In this document: positions 6,388 to 15,026 of the stretch, one piece after another
How the letters are laid out: every line of letters starts with the position of its first letter
Position numbering within the stretch: the stretch's first letter is position 1
Source: a virus
Lineage: Duplodnaviria > Caudoviricetes
IMG/VR virus record: IMGVR_UViG_3300017761_003192
Location: 1 to 25,437 of that record
Reading direction: 5' to 3' (one strand)
Length of the DNA: 25,437 nt
Notes under the pieces: model-generated
Told to the model about the DNA's origin: nothing
What the model saw: the letters and a program-made list of their open reading frames with translations, nothing else
Databases searched by the model: none
Translations under genes and position numbers: made by a program

Positions 6388-8510
6388 TAACGGCCATTGC
6401 TTAAATTATCGTATTCATCGGCGGCTTTTACGGCCAATCTAAAGCATTTAGTGTGATGTGAATCTCGTTTATTTTTTGGCACGAATTGCTCGATTTCCCC
6501 GCCCTCAACCATTTTTGTCACAAGGTTGACGTTAAGCTCTTTTTTACCGCCAAGCGCATCATTAATCTCGCTCATGGTCTTGTATTCCCCAAACTCTAAC
6601 GCGTCCAAAATGACCACCACGCGCTTCTTTCGGTCGGCCCGAATCATCCTACCCATCGCCTCGCGTTCTTCGTCCTTAGCCTGTTTTGCGGCCTGCTGGA
6701 TAACTTCCCTGCCGCCTTTCTCAACAATCTCGGGGTGGCAATGCAGAAGGGATATTGTTTTGGCGCGTCCGAGAATATCAAACCCGCTGGTTTCGGTCTG
6801 AACGGCTTCAAACAGGATGCCATCGGCTCGGGTGACGAAGCGGTGCTTGGCCTGCAAAACATCCAGCCAGCGGCCACCGTCATCCTCTTTGGTCATGTAA
6901 AGAACCTGATTGACGTCGCCCTCCCAGGCGCCGGCGCCTCGGCTGGTCATATCGGAAATGTCAGCCTTTTTGAGGGTTTTGGCGAGATGCGCGACAATTA
7001 TGACCGGGATGCCGCCGAATTCGCCTTTTAGGGTTGAGATGCACCGACCGACCTCGGAATTGTCGGATTCGTTTTCCAGATCGATGGTTGCGTTTGAGGT
7101 GTCAAAAACGACAATGGGCTTGGTGTCGTGCGAAACGCCGGTTTCTGGGTCAATATTTCGGTGGGTCAGGGTTTCGTAGATCTGGTGAACCTGAACAATA
7201 GATCCGGCGTCCATCCGCTTTGCAGGGACTATTTTGAACCATTCGCTAATTTCGGCGTCGGTTGCTATCAATTCGCCGGAAAGCCGCATTGAGGTCAGGA
7301 CGCGGATTACTTGCTTGGGGTCCTCGCTGACGTAGATCACCCGGCGGCGCAGTATCGGGTGCAGCGGGTCGGCTGGATCGCACAAATGAGCAGCTCGGGT
7401 CATCAGCGGCACCAGCGCGGTGGTCTTGCCGATGCCGGTGAACCCGGCGAGCAGGGTGACCCCGGCAATCAGAATGTCGTCAAATATAAACTCGTCCGGT
7501 TCCAGGTCGCCGATCGCGTAAGGGAGGAAATTAGCGAACGGATGGTTTTCAGCGGTAATTATTTTATCGGGTGCGGAGCCGGTGCCGGTCATCGGATTAA
7601 TCCATCCAATCGCTTGAGCGCGGGAGAAAATGGTCTTGATGGTCACGCCCGCCTGCCGGTTACGCCCAAAGCTCACCCACTTGGCGCGTTGTTCCTTGTG
7701 GGCAAATTTTGGCGAGGTCTGCGACCAGTCCACCCAGACTTGGTAAGCGGCATCGCCCAAGCCGGTAGCGTGCAGGGCCATCCCTGCCTCGATCCATTGA
7801 TGGTAGTCGTCGGAGTCGAGGTGGGTGAGGGCGTCGGCGGCTTCGCGGAGCTGGACGGGGAGGGTGATGACGCCGAGGTTGGGGCCGGAGGGGGCGGCAG
7901 AGTCGCCCAGAGGTTCGACAAGCATCCGGGCAAGCCATACGGGGGCTTGGGCGGGCATGAAGCCTTGCAGTACGTCCAGACCATCGTCCCAAGCGTAGCG
8001 ACGCCCTGAGTGGTGGATAGAGGGTTCTGCCACGATGTAGCCGTTGGCTTTGATGTCGATGCCGGGGCCGAGCTTGCCGCGCACGCGGGGGATTGCGGCG
8101 GGGTCGATTCGGACGAGGTAATGGCAGCCGTTGCCGGTTCGCTGCGTGGGTGTTTCGGGCAGCTCACCGTTCTCTGTGATGAGCTGCTCCCAGGTGAGGT
8201 GTCCCATGTTCCGGGTATCGACATCGAGGGCCACGCAGCCCGAGTCGCCCATTGCAAGGCCGATATTGGCTTGGGGCCATTTGGACCACCAGCCCCGGAT
8301 GGTCATCTCGTCCGAGCTGGCGTCCTGTGCACCGTGTGGCGTCAAAGGGTGTTTGGCAGGGGACCGGCAGTCCTTGTCCCCGCAGGAACACATCCCGCCT
8401 TTGATCGTGTGCAGGGGGAGTACGCGAAAGCCGCGCTCCGCGTATTTGAGGGCGGCGTCGATCAGCACTTTCGGGTGGATCTCGATCACGGTGTTCGTTT
8501 CGTCAGTCAT
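6387..8510 (-). CDS. bifunctional primase-polymerase / PriCT-2 / AAA_25 (RepA-like) helicase fusion
   Basis: AALKYAERGFRVLPL..CSCG..C..PAKHP, ANIGLA, ALDVD, GNGCHY, GIDIKANGYIVAEPSIH (Prim-Pol); DYHQWIEAGMALH..W..WS (PriCT-2); Walker A GFTGIGKT, YVSED, IVVFDT, IVAHLAK, SRGAGAW (helicase). Confidence 0.92.
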   Translation of the reverse strand: MTDETNTVIEIHPKVLIDAALKYAERGFRVLPLHTIKGGMCSCGDKDCRSPAKHPLTPHGAQDASSDEMTIRGWWSKWPQANIGLAMGDSGCVALDVDTRNMGHLTWEQLITENGELPETPTQRTGNGCHYLVRIDPAAIPRVRGKLGPGIDIKANGYIVAEPSIHHSGRRYAWDDGLDVLQGFMPAQAPVWLARMLVEPLGDSAAPSGPNLGVITLPVQLREAADALTHLDSDDYHQWIEAGMALHATGLGDAAYQVWVDWSQTSPKFAHKEQRAKWVSFGRNRQAGVTIKTIFSRAQAIGWINPMTGTGSAPDKIITAENHPFANFLPYAIGDLEPDEFIFDDILIAGVTLLAGFTGIGKTTALVPLMTRAAHLCDPADPLHPILRRRVIYVSEDPKQVIRVLTSMRLSGELIATDAEISEWFKIVPAKRMDAGSIVQVHQIYETLTHRNIDPETGVSHDTKPIVVFDTSNATIDLENESDNSEVGRCISTLKGEFGGIPVIIVAHLAKTLKKADISDMTSRGAGAWEGDVNQVLYMTKEDDGGRWLDVLQAKHRFVTRADGILFEAVQTETSGFDILGRAKTISLLHCHPEIVEKGGREVIQQAAKQAKDEEREAMGRMIRADRKKRVVVILDALEFGEYKTMSEINDALGGKKELNVNLVTKMVEGGEIEQFVPKNKRDSHHTKCFRLAVKAADEYDNLSNGR

Positions 8511-8986
8511 GTGTTGCCTCCCCGTGAGCGCCTAAATACTCTGATAGCCTGTTCGATCGTCTGCATTTCCTGCAAACCTCTTTTGCGATGATCGTAAAAC
8601 ACATTAATCATCTGCTCCAGCGCATTCACCAGCTCGTCACGAGACGACAATTTGCTGGCTATCGGAATAAACGGGGGCGGCAGTATTCGCCTGACCTGCT
8701 GATAGCGCCTTGAATTCCCCTGGCGTCGCTCACCCGTCACCTCAATCATTCCGGCGTCAATCATTTGCCGGTAACGCGGCGTGAGACTGTTGCTTTTAAT
8801 TTGGGGCAAAGAGTTCCCAACATCGTCGGCAATACAGCCGTCAGTCCCATATTGAGCCATGACCTCGTAGACCTTGAGGCACAGATTTAGCGCATCAATA
8901 GACGCTGCGGCTGCGTGGCTGGTGTCTGGATCTGTGTTTCGCGCCAGAGCTTGTCCGTGTTCGTCGTCATACCATCTCGCGCTCAT
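8507..8986 (-). CDS. hypothetical phage protein, probable winged-helix DNA-binding protein
   Basis: ARNTDPDTSHAAA motif followed by a wHTH-like segment (SLTPRYRQMIDAGMIEVTGERR); GGAGGA RBS; ATGA overlap with the primase gene. Confidence 0.7.
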   Translation of the reverse strand: MSARWYDDEHGQALARNTDPDTSHAAAASIDALNLCLKVYEVMAQYGTDGCIADDVGNSLPQIKSNSLTPRYRQMIDAGMIEVTGERRQGNSRRYQQVRRILPPPFIPIASKLSSRDELVNALEQMINVFYDHRKRGLQEMQTIEQAIRVFRRSRGGNT

Positions 8987-9025
8987 AACTTTCCTCCAAT
9001 AATGAAGTGCTTTGCCGGTCGAGCG

Positions 9026-9646
9026 TCAGTCATCGAGCGTTACCCACCCAAATTTGTGTTTTTTAATCAACCCGGACTTGTTGAGAACTTCCAGCTTGGC
9101 CGGATGGCGTAATTTACGCAATGCGGTGGCTTCAATCTGTCGAACCCGCTCGTGTGAGACATCCATCTTTTTTCCGACCTCATCATATGTTTCGTCATTC
9201 TGAAATCGGCTTATTAGAACGTCTTTTTCACGCGGCCTGATTTTATTGAGCAGGTCGTCCACTAATTGATTGGTTTCGCGCTCAAGCAGATGGTCCTCGG
9301 GACTGGGCAGATACTCCATCTGACTGCGCTGCTCGAGCAGGTGATGCACAAGATCCGCATCAATTTCGCGCTCCCCGGAATTGCGGTTCAATTTGATCGT
9401 GAGCTGCTGTTCTGTCCAGAGGTCGGTGGGCGCGGCGCCGAGCACCTCCATCGCCATCTTTGCCTCTTTCGAGAACTCGCCGGAATCAAGCAGCGGGGCG
9501 ACTCGCATGGATACCAGGGCGTTCATCCGGCCCGTAGACACGCCCATCGCACGCTCAAATGCCGCGACGGTCGGGTAGCCCTGCTCCTCGATGGCGTTGA
9601 GCAGGAGGTTGTTTCGGATGCTGACTTTTATTCGGTAGGGTTTCAT
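9026..9646 (-). CDS. HTH + sigma70 region-4 domain transcription regulator
   Basis: C-terminal ETYDEVGKKMDVSHERVRQIEATALRKLRHP is close to RpoD region 4.2; N-terminal XRE-like helix pair; no sigma region 2 visible. Confidence 0.85.
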   Translation of the reverse strand: MKPYRIKVSIRNNLLLNAIEEQGYPTVAAFERAMGVSTGRMNALVSMRVAPLLDSGEFSKEAKMAMEVLGAAPTDLWTEQQLTIKLNRNSGEREIDADLVHHLLEQRSQMEYLPSPEDHLLERETNQLVDDLLNKIRPREKDVLISRFQNDETYDEVGKKMDVSHERVRQIEATALRKLRHPAKLEVLNKSGLIKKHKFGWVTLDD

Positions 9647-9816
9647 TTCGCCGCCTTCCTGCGCCGCTTCTCCTCGGCCTTGAATACGTCGTCAAAAACA
9701 ACCACATTTCGACCGGCAAGTGGCAGGGTCGTGATCTTGCCAGCTCGGGCCAGTTTCCAGAGCCATTGCCGGGTGATGCCCAGTCGGGCAGCGGCAGCGT
9801 TCATTGATAAATACAT
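9643..9816 (-). CDS. small HTH DNA-binding protein (Cro/excisionase-like), 57 aa
   Basis: MYLSMNAAAARLGITRQWLWKLARAGKI; AAGGA RBS upstream; first gene after the leftward promoter. Confidence 0.8.
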   Translation of the reverse strand: MYLSMNAAAARLGITRQWLWKLARAGKITTLPLAGRNVVVFDDVFKAEEKRRRKAAK

Positions 9817-9828
9817 TGCGTTTCCTTG

Positions 9829-9858
9829 TTGACAAGTTGCAAACGCGCACTCTAGACT
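9829..9858 (+). promoter_or_regulatory. rightward sigma70 promoter candidate 1
   Basis: TTGACA (9829-9834), 18 nt, TAGACT (9853-9858); overlaps the -10 of the leftward promoter. Confidence 0.5.
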
Positions 9859-9877
9859 ACGCCCTGTCAAGTGTCAA
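9849..9877 (-). promoter_or_regulatory. leftward sigma70 promoter
   Basis: TTGACA (9877-9872), 17 nt, TAGAGT (9854-9849), upstream of the ATG at 9816. Confidence 0.7.
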
Positions 9878-9911
9878 ATAAGACTTTTAGAGGAGGGGGA
9901 TAAAATAATTG

Positions 9912-9940
9912 TTGACATGATGCAAATAGTCCATTATTGT
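9912..9940 (+). promoter_or_regulatory. rightward sigma70 promoter candidate 2
   Basis: TTGACA (9912-9917), 17 nt, TATTGT (9935-9940), preceded by an AT-rich UP-like tract TAAAATAATT. Confidence 0.7.
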
Positions 9941-9984
9941 CCGTTCTGTACCCGCAGCACCTAACCAACCGACCGGAGAAACAA

Positions 9985-10164
9985 ATGCAAACAGTTCACT
10001 TCATACAGTCGCACAAGTCGTTAGTGCTTTGGCAGCGCGACCACTACTCCTACGAAATACAAGACCGCAAGACTGGCAAAGTTTTGGCAAGGCCGGAGTC
10101 TTTTGAATTGGCTCTTGCCAAGTTCTACGAAATCCGCGACGCAGCTGAGCAGGTGGCAGCATGA
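9985..10164 (+). CDS. hypothetical early protein, 59 aa
   Basis: GGAG RBS before ATG 9985; ATGA overlap with the next gene. Confidence 0.7.
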   Translation: MQTVHFIQSHKSLVLWQRDHYSYEIQDRKTGKVLARPESFELALAKFYEIRDAAEQVAA

Positions 10165-10532
10165 CCGCCGAACGGTGCATGTGCGGGGCGACAGACTGCT
10201 TGATCTGCGGGCCTCTTCAGGGCTATTCCCTCAAGCAGCCCACGCAGCGTCATTACGAGCTGGCGCTCGACGAGGTGGTTGATAGCATCCTTGAGTACGG
10301 CCAATGGCCCAAGAACGGTCGGGCGCAATTCGACCTGTACGACTACCTTGACGAACACCGCGATTCAAGCTACGCAGCAGAGATGTACGTCGCCTCGTTG
10401 AGCAGCAACGACACGGCGCTAAAGAATCGCCGCGATCGTGAGCGCAAGACAGTTGAGGCGATGCTCATCAAGCATCTGCAAGATTCGCATTGGATTGCGG
10501 ATCTCGCCGCCGAATACGCGGATAACGAATGA
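10161..10532 (+). CDS. hypothetical protein with N-terminal CxCGxxDCxxC motif
   Basis: 123-aa ORF coupled on both sides; CMCGATDCLICG possible metal-binding knuckle; acidic. Confidence 0.75.
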   Translation: MTAERCMCGATDCLICGPLQGYSLKQPTQRHYELALDEVVDSILEYGQWPKNGRAQFDLYDYLDEHRDSSYAAEMYVASLSSNDTALKNRRDRERKTVEAMLIKHLQDSHWIADLAAEYADNE

Positions 10533-10612
10533 GCATCTCCGAGGTCTGTTCTTACGCCTGCGCCATCGGCGCGGTGATTTGTTTCTCAATCCTAATCTGG
10601 AGTAAAAAATAA
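10529..10612 (+). CDS. small hydrophobic peptide, 27 aa (MSISEVCSYACAIGAVICFSILIWSKK)
   Basis: Manually translated; ATGA and TAATG overlaps fill the gap exactly; one predicted TM segment. Confidence 0.55.
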   Translation: MSISEVCSYACAIGAVICFSILIWSKK

Positions 10613-11355
10613 TGGCGATTGATCTTAAAGCAATAAAGAGGAACAAGGACATCCTTCCTCCGAGGATCATGCTGTACGGCCCGCATGGGTTGGGCAAGAC
10701 CACCTTTGGTGCAGGCGCCCCGGCGCCGATCTTCATCTTGACTGAGGACGGTCTGGGCCAGCTTGAGGTCGAACACTTCCCGCTTGCCAAGTCGTTTGAT
10801 GATGTGCAGGACGCGCTTAAAGCCTTGCAAGGCGACCACGACTATCAGACCGTCGTGATCGATAGCCTCGACTGGCTTGATAACCTGATCTGGGAAACCA
10901 TCAATACCAAATACGACGCGAAAGACTTGGCTTATGGCAAAGGCAGCGTGATTGCCGCCGACTACTGGCGCAAGGTGCTCGACGGCTTGAACAGCCTGCG
11001 AGCAAAGGGGATGGCGGTCATCATGTTGGCCCATTGCGAGATAAAACGGTTCGACTCGCCTGAAGTTGAACCTTATGAAAGATACCAGCCAAAGTTGCAA
11101 GCCAGGTCGTCAGCTCTGGTGCAGGAGTGGGCTGATTGCGTGTTTTTCGCAAATTACAAGACGATCGTTAAATCCTCGGATGTCGGATTTAACCAGAAAG
11201 TTACGCGAGGAATAACCACAGGCGAGCGGCTGATGTACACCGCCGAGCGCCCGGCTTATCTCGCAAAAAACCGTTATTCGCTGCCGGATGCTATGCCGCT
11301 GGATTGGCAAGCATTTGTTACGGCGATGTCGGCGCCCGCAGCACCAAAGCAGTAA
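10612..11355 (+). CDS. sak4: Sak4-like AAA_24 ATPase / single-strand annealing protein
   Basis: RIMLYGPHGLGKTTF (Walker A), TVVIDSLDWL (Walker B), YGKG, LAH, EWAD, AKNRY; adjacent to SSB-like and exonuclease genes. Confidence 0.88.
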   Translation: MAIDLKAIKRNKDILPPRIMLYGPHGLGKTTFGAGAPAPIFILTEDGLGQLEVEHFPLAKSFDDVQDALKALQGDHDYQTVVIDSLDWLDNLIWETINTKYDAKDLAYGKGSVIAADYWRKVLDGLNSLRAKGMAVIMLAHCEIKRFDSPEVEPYERYQPKLQARSSALVQEWADCVFFANYKTIVKSSDVGFNQKVTRGITTGERLMYTAERPAYLAKNRYSLPDAMPLDWQAFVTAMSAPAAPKQ

Positions 11356-11384
11356 AACCAACCAAACCAAAAGGAAGTTGAATC

Positions 11385-11867
11385 ATGGCGAATCTTAAAA
11401 CGTTGCAAATGCCGGAAACAATCGAACCTCAACAGAACTTCTCGGCCCTTGAGCCGGGACGGTATGAGGTGATCGTCACCGACTCGGAACTGAAAGACAC
11501 GAAAGCCGGGACCGGCCAGTACCTCCAGCTTACGTTTGAAGTGGTCGGGAACTCGGCTAAGGGGCGCAAGCTCTGGACCCGGCTAAACGTGTCCAATCCC
11601 AATAAAACTGCCGAGGAGATCGCGTATCGGGAGTTGGCTGCGATCTGCCAATCGACCGGTGTGGCCTGGCCCCTTGACGACAGCGAGGATCTGCACAACA
11701 TTCCGCTGATGGTGGACGTGGTGCAGGAAAGGAACCCGGTCAACGAATCGATCGGGAACAAGATTAAGGGCTACGCCCCGAGCAACCTGGCGCTGGATCT
11801 GCCCGAGGCGCTGAAACCTACGCCCAAGCCTGCCGGTGCGGCTCGTCAGCCGTGGGCTAAGAAATAA
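11385..11867 (+). CDS. DUF669-like single-stranded DNA-binding protein
   Basis: LEPGRYEVIV..SELKDTKAGTGQYLQLTFEV...GRKLWTRLN...NKIKGY and a C-terminal PW tail. Confidence 0.85.
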   Translation: MANLKTLQMPETIEPQQNFSALEPGRYEVIVTDSELKDTKAGTGQYLQLTFEVVGNSAKGRKLWTRLNVSNPNKTAEEIAYRELAAICQSTGVAWPLDDSEDLHNIPLMVDVVQERNPVNESIGNKIKGYAPSNLALDLPEALKPTPKPAGAARQPWAKK

Positions 11868-11868
11868 G

Positions 11869-13002
11869 ATGACCGCGCTGCCCGAGCGTCAAAACTCAAC
11901 CGCCGCCGCTATCTTCAGTCAGTACGAGAAGACTGCGGAGGCGGGGCAGCGCCCCCACCTCGGGGCGTCTGAACTCGGTCACGAGTGCGAGCGGTACTTG
12001 TGGCTCAGTTTTCGGTGGGCCAAACAGCCCGACTTTGATGGCCGGATGTTGCGGCTGTTTGAGTCCGGTCAGCTCGCAGAACCGCGCCTGATCGCCAACT
12101 TGCGAGCGATTGGGGTCGAGGTATCAGACCGGGACGAGAAGGGCCAGCAATGGCGATTTAGCGCGGTTGGTGGGCATGTGGGCGGGAGCATGGACGGTGC
12201 GGCTCTGGGATTGCCGGAAGCCCCGAAAACGTGGCATGTCTTGGAATTCAAGACCGCGAACGCCAAGAGTTTTTCCGCAATGGTAAAAAAAGGGGTAAAG
12301 GAGTCCAAGCCGCAACATTGGTCGCAAATGCAATTGTATATGGGGTGGGCCGGTCTGGACAGAGCCATGTATCTAGTGGTCAACAAGGACACGGACGACA
12401 TCCACAGCGAGCGCATCGAGTTTGACAGGAAAGAGTTTGACCGGCTGTATGACCGGGCGCACCGGATTGTGACGGGGAATGAACCTGCAATCACGCTCGG
12501 TGAGAATGCGGAGTATTTTTCCTGCAAATACTGCCGGTTCAAGGATCAATGTTACGCGACCGAGGCGCCGCAGGTGAATTGCAGGACTTGCGCCCACTCG
12601 ACGCCCGAGCTGGACGGCGATGGGAAATGGAGCTGCGCCGAGCATAAGCGGGATCTGACGGTGCCGGAACAGCGCCAGGGGTGCCGGGACCACCGCCACA
12701 TCCCGGTGTTGATGGGCAGGTTCGCGGAGCTGGTAGACGCAAACGAGAATAATCTTCTGACGTATAGGAACAAGCTGACAGAAAAAGAGTTCCAACAGCC
12801 GGTGTACTCAAGCCAAGAAATCACAGACTGCCAGGACAAGGCGATGCTCGGCGATGATCTGGCGACTGCTCTGAAGATCGAGATGGATGCCGAAATCAGG
12901 CCAAGCGTTCAAATTGATTCATTTGCCGATTTGGTTGACGATCTGCCGTGGAAATCAAAACCAGACATTATTTGCACCCGCCCCAAAAGGAAAACCAAAT
13001 GA
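11869..13002 (+). CDS. Cas4-like / PD-(D/E)XK exonuclease with Cys clusters
   Basis: RPHLGASELGHECER, GSMDG, LEFKT, QMQLYM, CKYC...C (Fe-S type) and CRTC..W.C..C..H; start set at ATG 11869. Confidence 0.88.
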   Translation: MTALPERQNSTAAAIFSQYEKTAEAGQRPHLGASELGHECERYLWLSFRWAKQPDFDGRMLRLFESGQLAEPRLIANLRAIGVEVSDRDEKGQQWRFSAVGGHVGGSMDGAALGLPEAPKTWHVLEFKTANAKSFSAMVKKGVKESKPQHWSQMQLYMGWAGLDRAMYLVVNKDTDDIHSERIEFDRKEFDRLYDRAHRIVTGNEPAITLGENAEYFSCKYCRFKDQCYATEAPQVNCRTCAHSTPELDGDGKWSCAEHKRDLTVPEQRQGCRDHRHIPVLMGRFAELVDANENNLLTYRNKLTEKEFQQPVYSSQEITDCQDKAMLGDDLATALKIEMDAEIRPSVQIDSFADLVDDLPWKSKPDIICTRPKRKTK

Positions 13003-13250
13003 GCAGCAACGCATTTGCCAGACTTGAGCGCGAATACAACGAGCGCGAGGACGCAATCGCAATGGCGAAAGCTGAACGGGAGCGGGTTCTGCCTTGTCCG
13101 TTCTGCAAAGAGCCAGATCCATCAGTTGACGAGATTGAGGTCAGCATTTGGGCTGTATGCTGCGGCGTCTGTCGGGCGATTGGACCGCACCAAGACGGGG
13201 AGCAATCGCCGCAGCTTGCTCGGGATAAGTGGAACCGACTGAATTGTTAG
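12999..13250 (+). CDS. Lar-like restriction-alleviation zinc-finger protein
   Basis: LPCPFC...VCCGVCRAIGP...A...WNR pattern; AAGGA RBS and ATGA overlap. Confidence 0.75.
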   Translation: MSSNAFARLEREYNEREDAIAMAKAERERVLPCPFCKEPDPSVDEIEVSIWAVCCGVCRAIGPHQDGEQSPQLARDKWNRLNC

Positions 13251-13281
13251 TTGCGGTTTAACTCTAAAAAAGGACAGCGAA

Positions 13282-13467
13282 ATGAACCTAGTAAACCGTT
13301 TCTTGTGGCACTACTGGTGGGGGCAGTCTCAGTACCTCCAGCAAAGACTTGATGAGTTGGAAGCCGAGCAAAACAATCTGATCGAGGACCGCAAGAAGGT
13401 ACGGGCGCGGCTGATGAAGGCCGACGCAAAAGTGATCACGTACGCACAAATTGGGGGGATGAAATGA
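13282..13467 (+). CDS. hypothetical coiled-coil protein, 61 aa
   Basis: AAGGA RBS; heptad-rich LQQRLDELEAEQNNL. Confidence 0.65.
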   Translation: MNLVNRFLWHYWWGQSQYLQQRLDELEAEQNNLIEDRKKVRARLMKADAKVITYAQIGGMK

Positions 13468-13613
13468 GCAATGACTGGCCTGTTGTTATTGCGGTACTGG
13501 CGGGTATAGCGATGTTTTTTGGGGCGATACTGATTAGTCAAGAGCAGCAGTTGCGCTGCGTTAATACGCTGAAAGACAAGCCCGCGGCAGAAATCCGCGT
13601 GGTGTGCAAATGA
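13464..13613 (+). CDS. small membrane protein, 49 aa (MSNDWPVVIAVLAGIAMFFGAILISQEQQLRCVNTLKDKPAAEIRVVCK)
   Basis: Manually translated; ATGA overlaps at both ends; one TM segment then a Cys pair. Confidence 0.65.
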   Translation: MSNDWPVVIAVLAGIAMFFGAILISQEQQLRCVNTLKDKPAAEIRVVCK

Positions 13614-13852
13614 ACGAAATAAAGTTAAGGTTTGCCATCCGCGACCTGTACAGGGGCGACGGTGGACCGCTGTCATCTTACGATGAGGGCTGGAATGACG
13701 GGACAGATGCTGCGGCTGAGATTTTCAGCGCAGAGCTTGAGCGGCTCAGGGCGGCGCTGCGAGACTTTGAGGACGCAGCCTACGGGCGCGGGACAGAAGA
13801 CTTGAGAGTGCTACACGCCGAGGCGCTGCGCGATGCGGGGGTGGGGGAATGA
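13610..13852 (+). CDS. hypothetical protein, 80 aa
   Basis: ATGA-coupled; YDEGWNDG and ELERLRAAL motifs common in phage accessory proteins. Confidence 0.65.
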   Translation: MNEIKLRFAIRDLYRGDGGPLSSYDEGWNDGTDAAAEIFSAELERLRAALRDFEDAAYGRGTEDLRVLHAEALRDAGVGE

Positions 13853-13938
13853 AGTGGCCCTCTAAGTATTTCTGGCATGGATTTATGCGCGGATTGGCTT
13901 TACTGCCATTGCTTGACTGGATACGGAGAAGGAAATGA
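13849..13938 (+). CDS. hypothetical peptide, 29 aa (MKWPSKYFWHGFMRGLALLPLLDWIRRRK)
   Basis: Manually translated; ATGA overlaps at both ends. Confidence 0.5.
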   Translation: MKWPSKYFWHGFMRGLALLPLLDWIRRRK

Positions 13939-14063
13939 CCGGCCTATTCGCGTGTAAATGCGGTAAGCAGCAATGGGTGCCGATGCCGAACACCTACACG
14001 ATGACCGCCCCGCGATGCTGCGGGAGAGCGATGCAGTTCACAGGGACATGGAGGGGGGAATGA
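13935..14063 (+). CDS. small zinc-ribbon-like protein, 42 aa (MTGLFACKCGKQQW...APRCCGRAM...)
   Basis: Manually translated; CxCG...CCG; GGAG RBS; ATGA overlaps. Confidence 0.55.
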   Translation: MTGLFACKCGKQQWVPMPNTYTMTAPRCCGRAMQFTGTWRGE

Positions 14064-14251
14064 AGTCTAAACGCTACGCTTACGCTCAGACGCCCCTTGA
14101 ACGTGCTATCCGGTCCATCCCGAGAACCCGGCCTCGCGTCGGTGCTTGCCTGATGGACGGGAAGATGGTCCGTTGCCAAGAATCCACGCACCTGACGCGA
14201 TCCGGGGCGATGCACAACAAGCTGATTCGGTTGCACAGGAGGGGAGCGTGA
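14060..14251 (+). CDS. hypothetical basic protein, 63 aa
   Basis: GGAGG RBS before ATG 14060; GTGA overlap with the next gene. Confidence 0.6.
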   Translation: MKSKRYAYAQTPLERAIRSIPRTRPRVGACLMDGKMVRCQESTHLTRSGAMHNKLIRLHRRGA

Positions 14252-14445
14252 ACATAAATTCGATAGACGAATATGAGCAAGCGCATTCGACTGGCTGGCA
14301 CCGGGGCTTTGCGGCGGGGTTCGCATGTGCCGCTGTTGTTGCTCTGGCTACTGTGTTTTGCCTTCTTGCTTACGGTACTTTTGATAAACCAGCACCGCAA
14401 CCGGTAAAGAATGATGCATCCAAACGCCCGACCGGGAAACCGTAA
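14248..14445 (+). CDS. hypothetical membrane protein, 65 aa
   Basis: AGGAGG RBS before GTG 14248; hydrophobic GFAAGFACAAVVALATVFCLLAYG. Confidence 0.6.
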   Translation: MNINSIDEYEQAHSTGWHRGFAAGFACAAVVALATVFCLLAYGTFDKPAPQPVKNDASKRPTGKP

Positions 14446-14620
14446 CGCTCGACGCAACGAGGCATCACGTTCAAAAGAATGCACATGCTGCGCGAAGCAT
14501 CAAAGACCAAACAACTTCTACCTAACTAAATTTGGGACACTTTCATCATGGTGCAAAACTTGTCTGAAGGACGCGAGAAAGTTGAGCGCGTGGAAACAAC
14601 AGAACGCGAGAGTGCGTTAG
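14411..14620 (+). CDS. zinc-finger protein (KxCxxC...FY...CKxC type)
   Basis: KECTCCAKHQRPNNFYLTKFGTLSSWCKTC resembles the DNA-binding finger of HNH/endo VII proteins; no nuclease domain follows. Confidence 0.65.
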   Translation: MMHPNARPGNRNARRNEASRSKECTCCAKHQRPNNFYLTKFGTLSSWCKTCLKDARKLSAWKQQNARVR

Positions 14621-14724
14621 CCCGCAGCCGACGCTACCAGGCGCGGGTGCAGAAGTACCGCACGACATGCCCGAAATGCGGATCCACTAAAAAGCAAAAG
14701 GAGTGCAAGAAATGCATCGTATAA
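14590..14724 (+). CDS. small CxxC..CxxC protein (~44 aa; start uncertain)
   Basis: Manual translation ...YRTTCPKCGSTKKQKECKKCIV; fills the gap between neighbours. Confidence 0.45.
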   Translation: METTERESALARSRRYQARVQKYRTTCPKCGSTKKQKECKKCIV

Positions 14725-15026
14725 AACTGGCAGCAGGACTGAACCTTGCATCGGACGGTGAATGCTTTACTCCGACGCTGACGCCCGAGAGCAAGAAGAA
14801 GTGGATTGACGGTCACGATCTGTTCGTCGCCAACGGCAGGACGTTCGCGTTAGTCGATACGTTCAACTGCGTGTACTTCATGGATTGCATAACCGGCAGC
14901 TTGTACCAATTCGGCGAGTGCCTGACATCCACCGAACTGAAGTACACCGACTTCCGGCGTGACAATGACCGGGCAGCGAAAATCCTGATGGCCGTCCAAA
15001 AGGTAAACCATGAAAACGCTCGCTGA
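14712..15026 (+). CDS. hypothetical protein, 104 aa
   Basis: AAGGAG RBS; phage-like codon usage; YFMDCITGSLY motif. Confidence 0.7.
   Translation: MHRIKLAAGLNLASDGECFTPTLTPESKKKWIDGHDLFVANGRTFALVDTFNCVYFMDCITGSLYQFGECLTSTELKYTDFRRDNDRAAKILMAVQKVNHENAR

Noticed and set aside
6203-6397. 64-aa ORF with REQQ repeats
   Set aside because: It is the translation of the TGCTGTTCCC repeat array; better explained as a DNA element, though a coupled peptide cannot be fully excluded.
7311-8591. Several long plus-strand ORFs opposite the primase gene
   Set aside because: Antisense or alternate-frame artefacts of high GC content; no motifs or RBS context.
8983-9033. 16-codon minus-strand ORF bridging the sigma-4 gene and the next gene
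   Set aside because: Too short to support, and the downstream gene has its own strong RBS.
11869-13002. Cas4 as evidence of a CRISPR-Cas system
   Set aside because: No array or other cas genes; it sits in a Sak4-SSB-exonuclease recombination module where Cas4-like nucleases are common.
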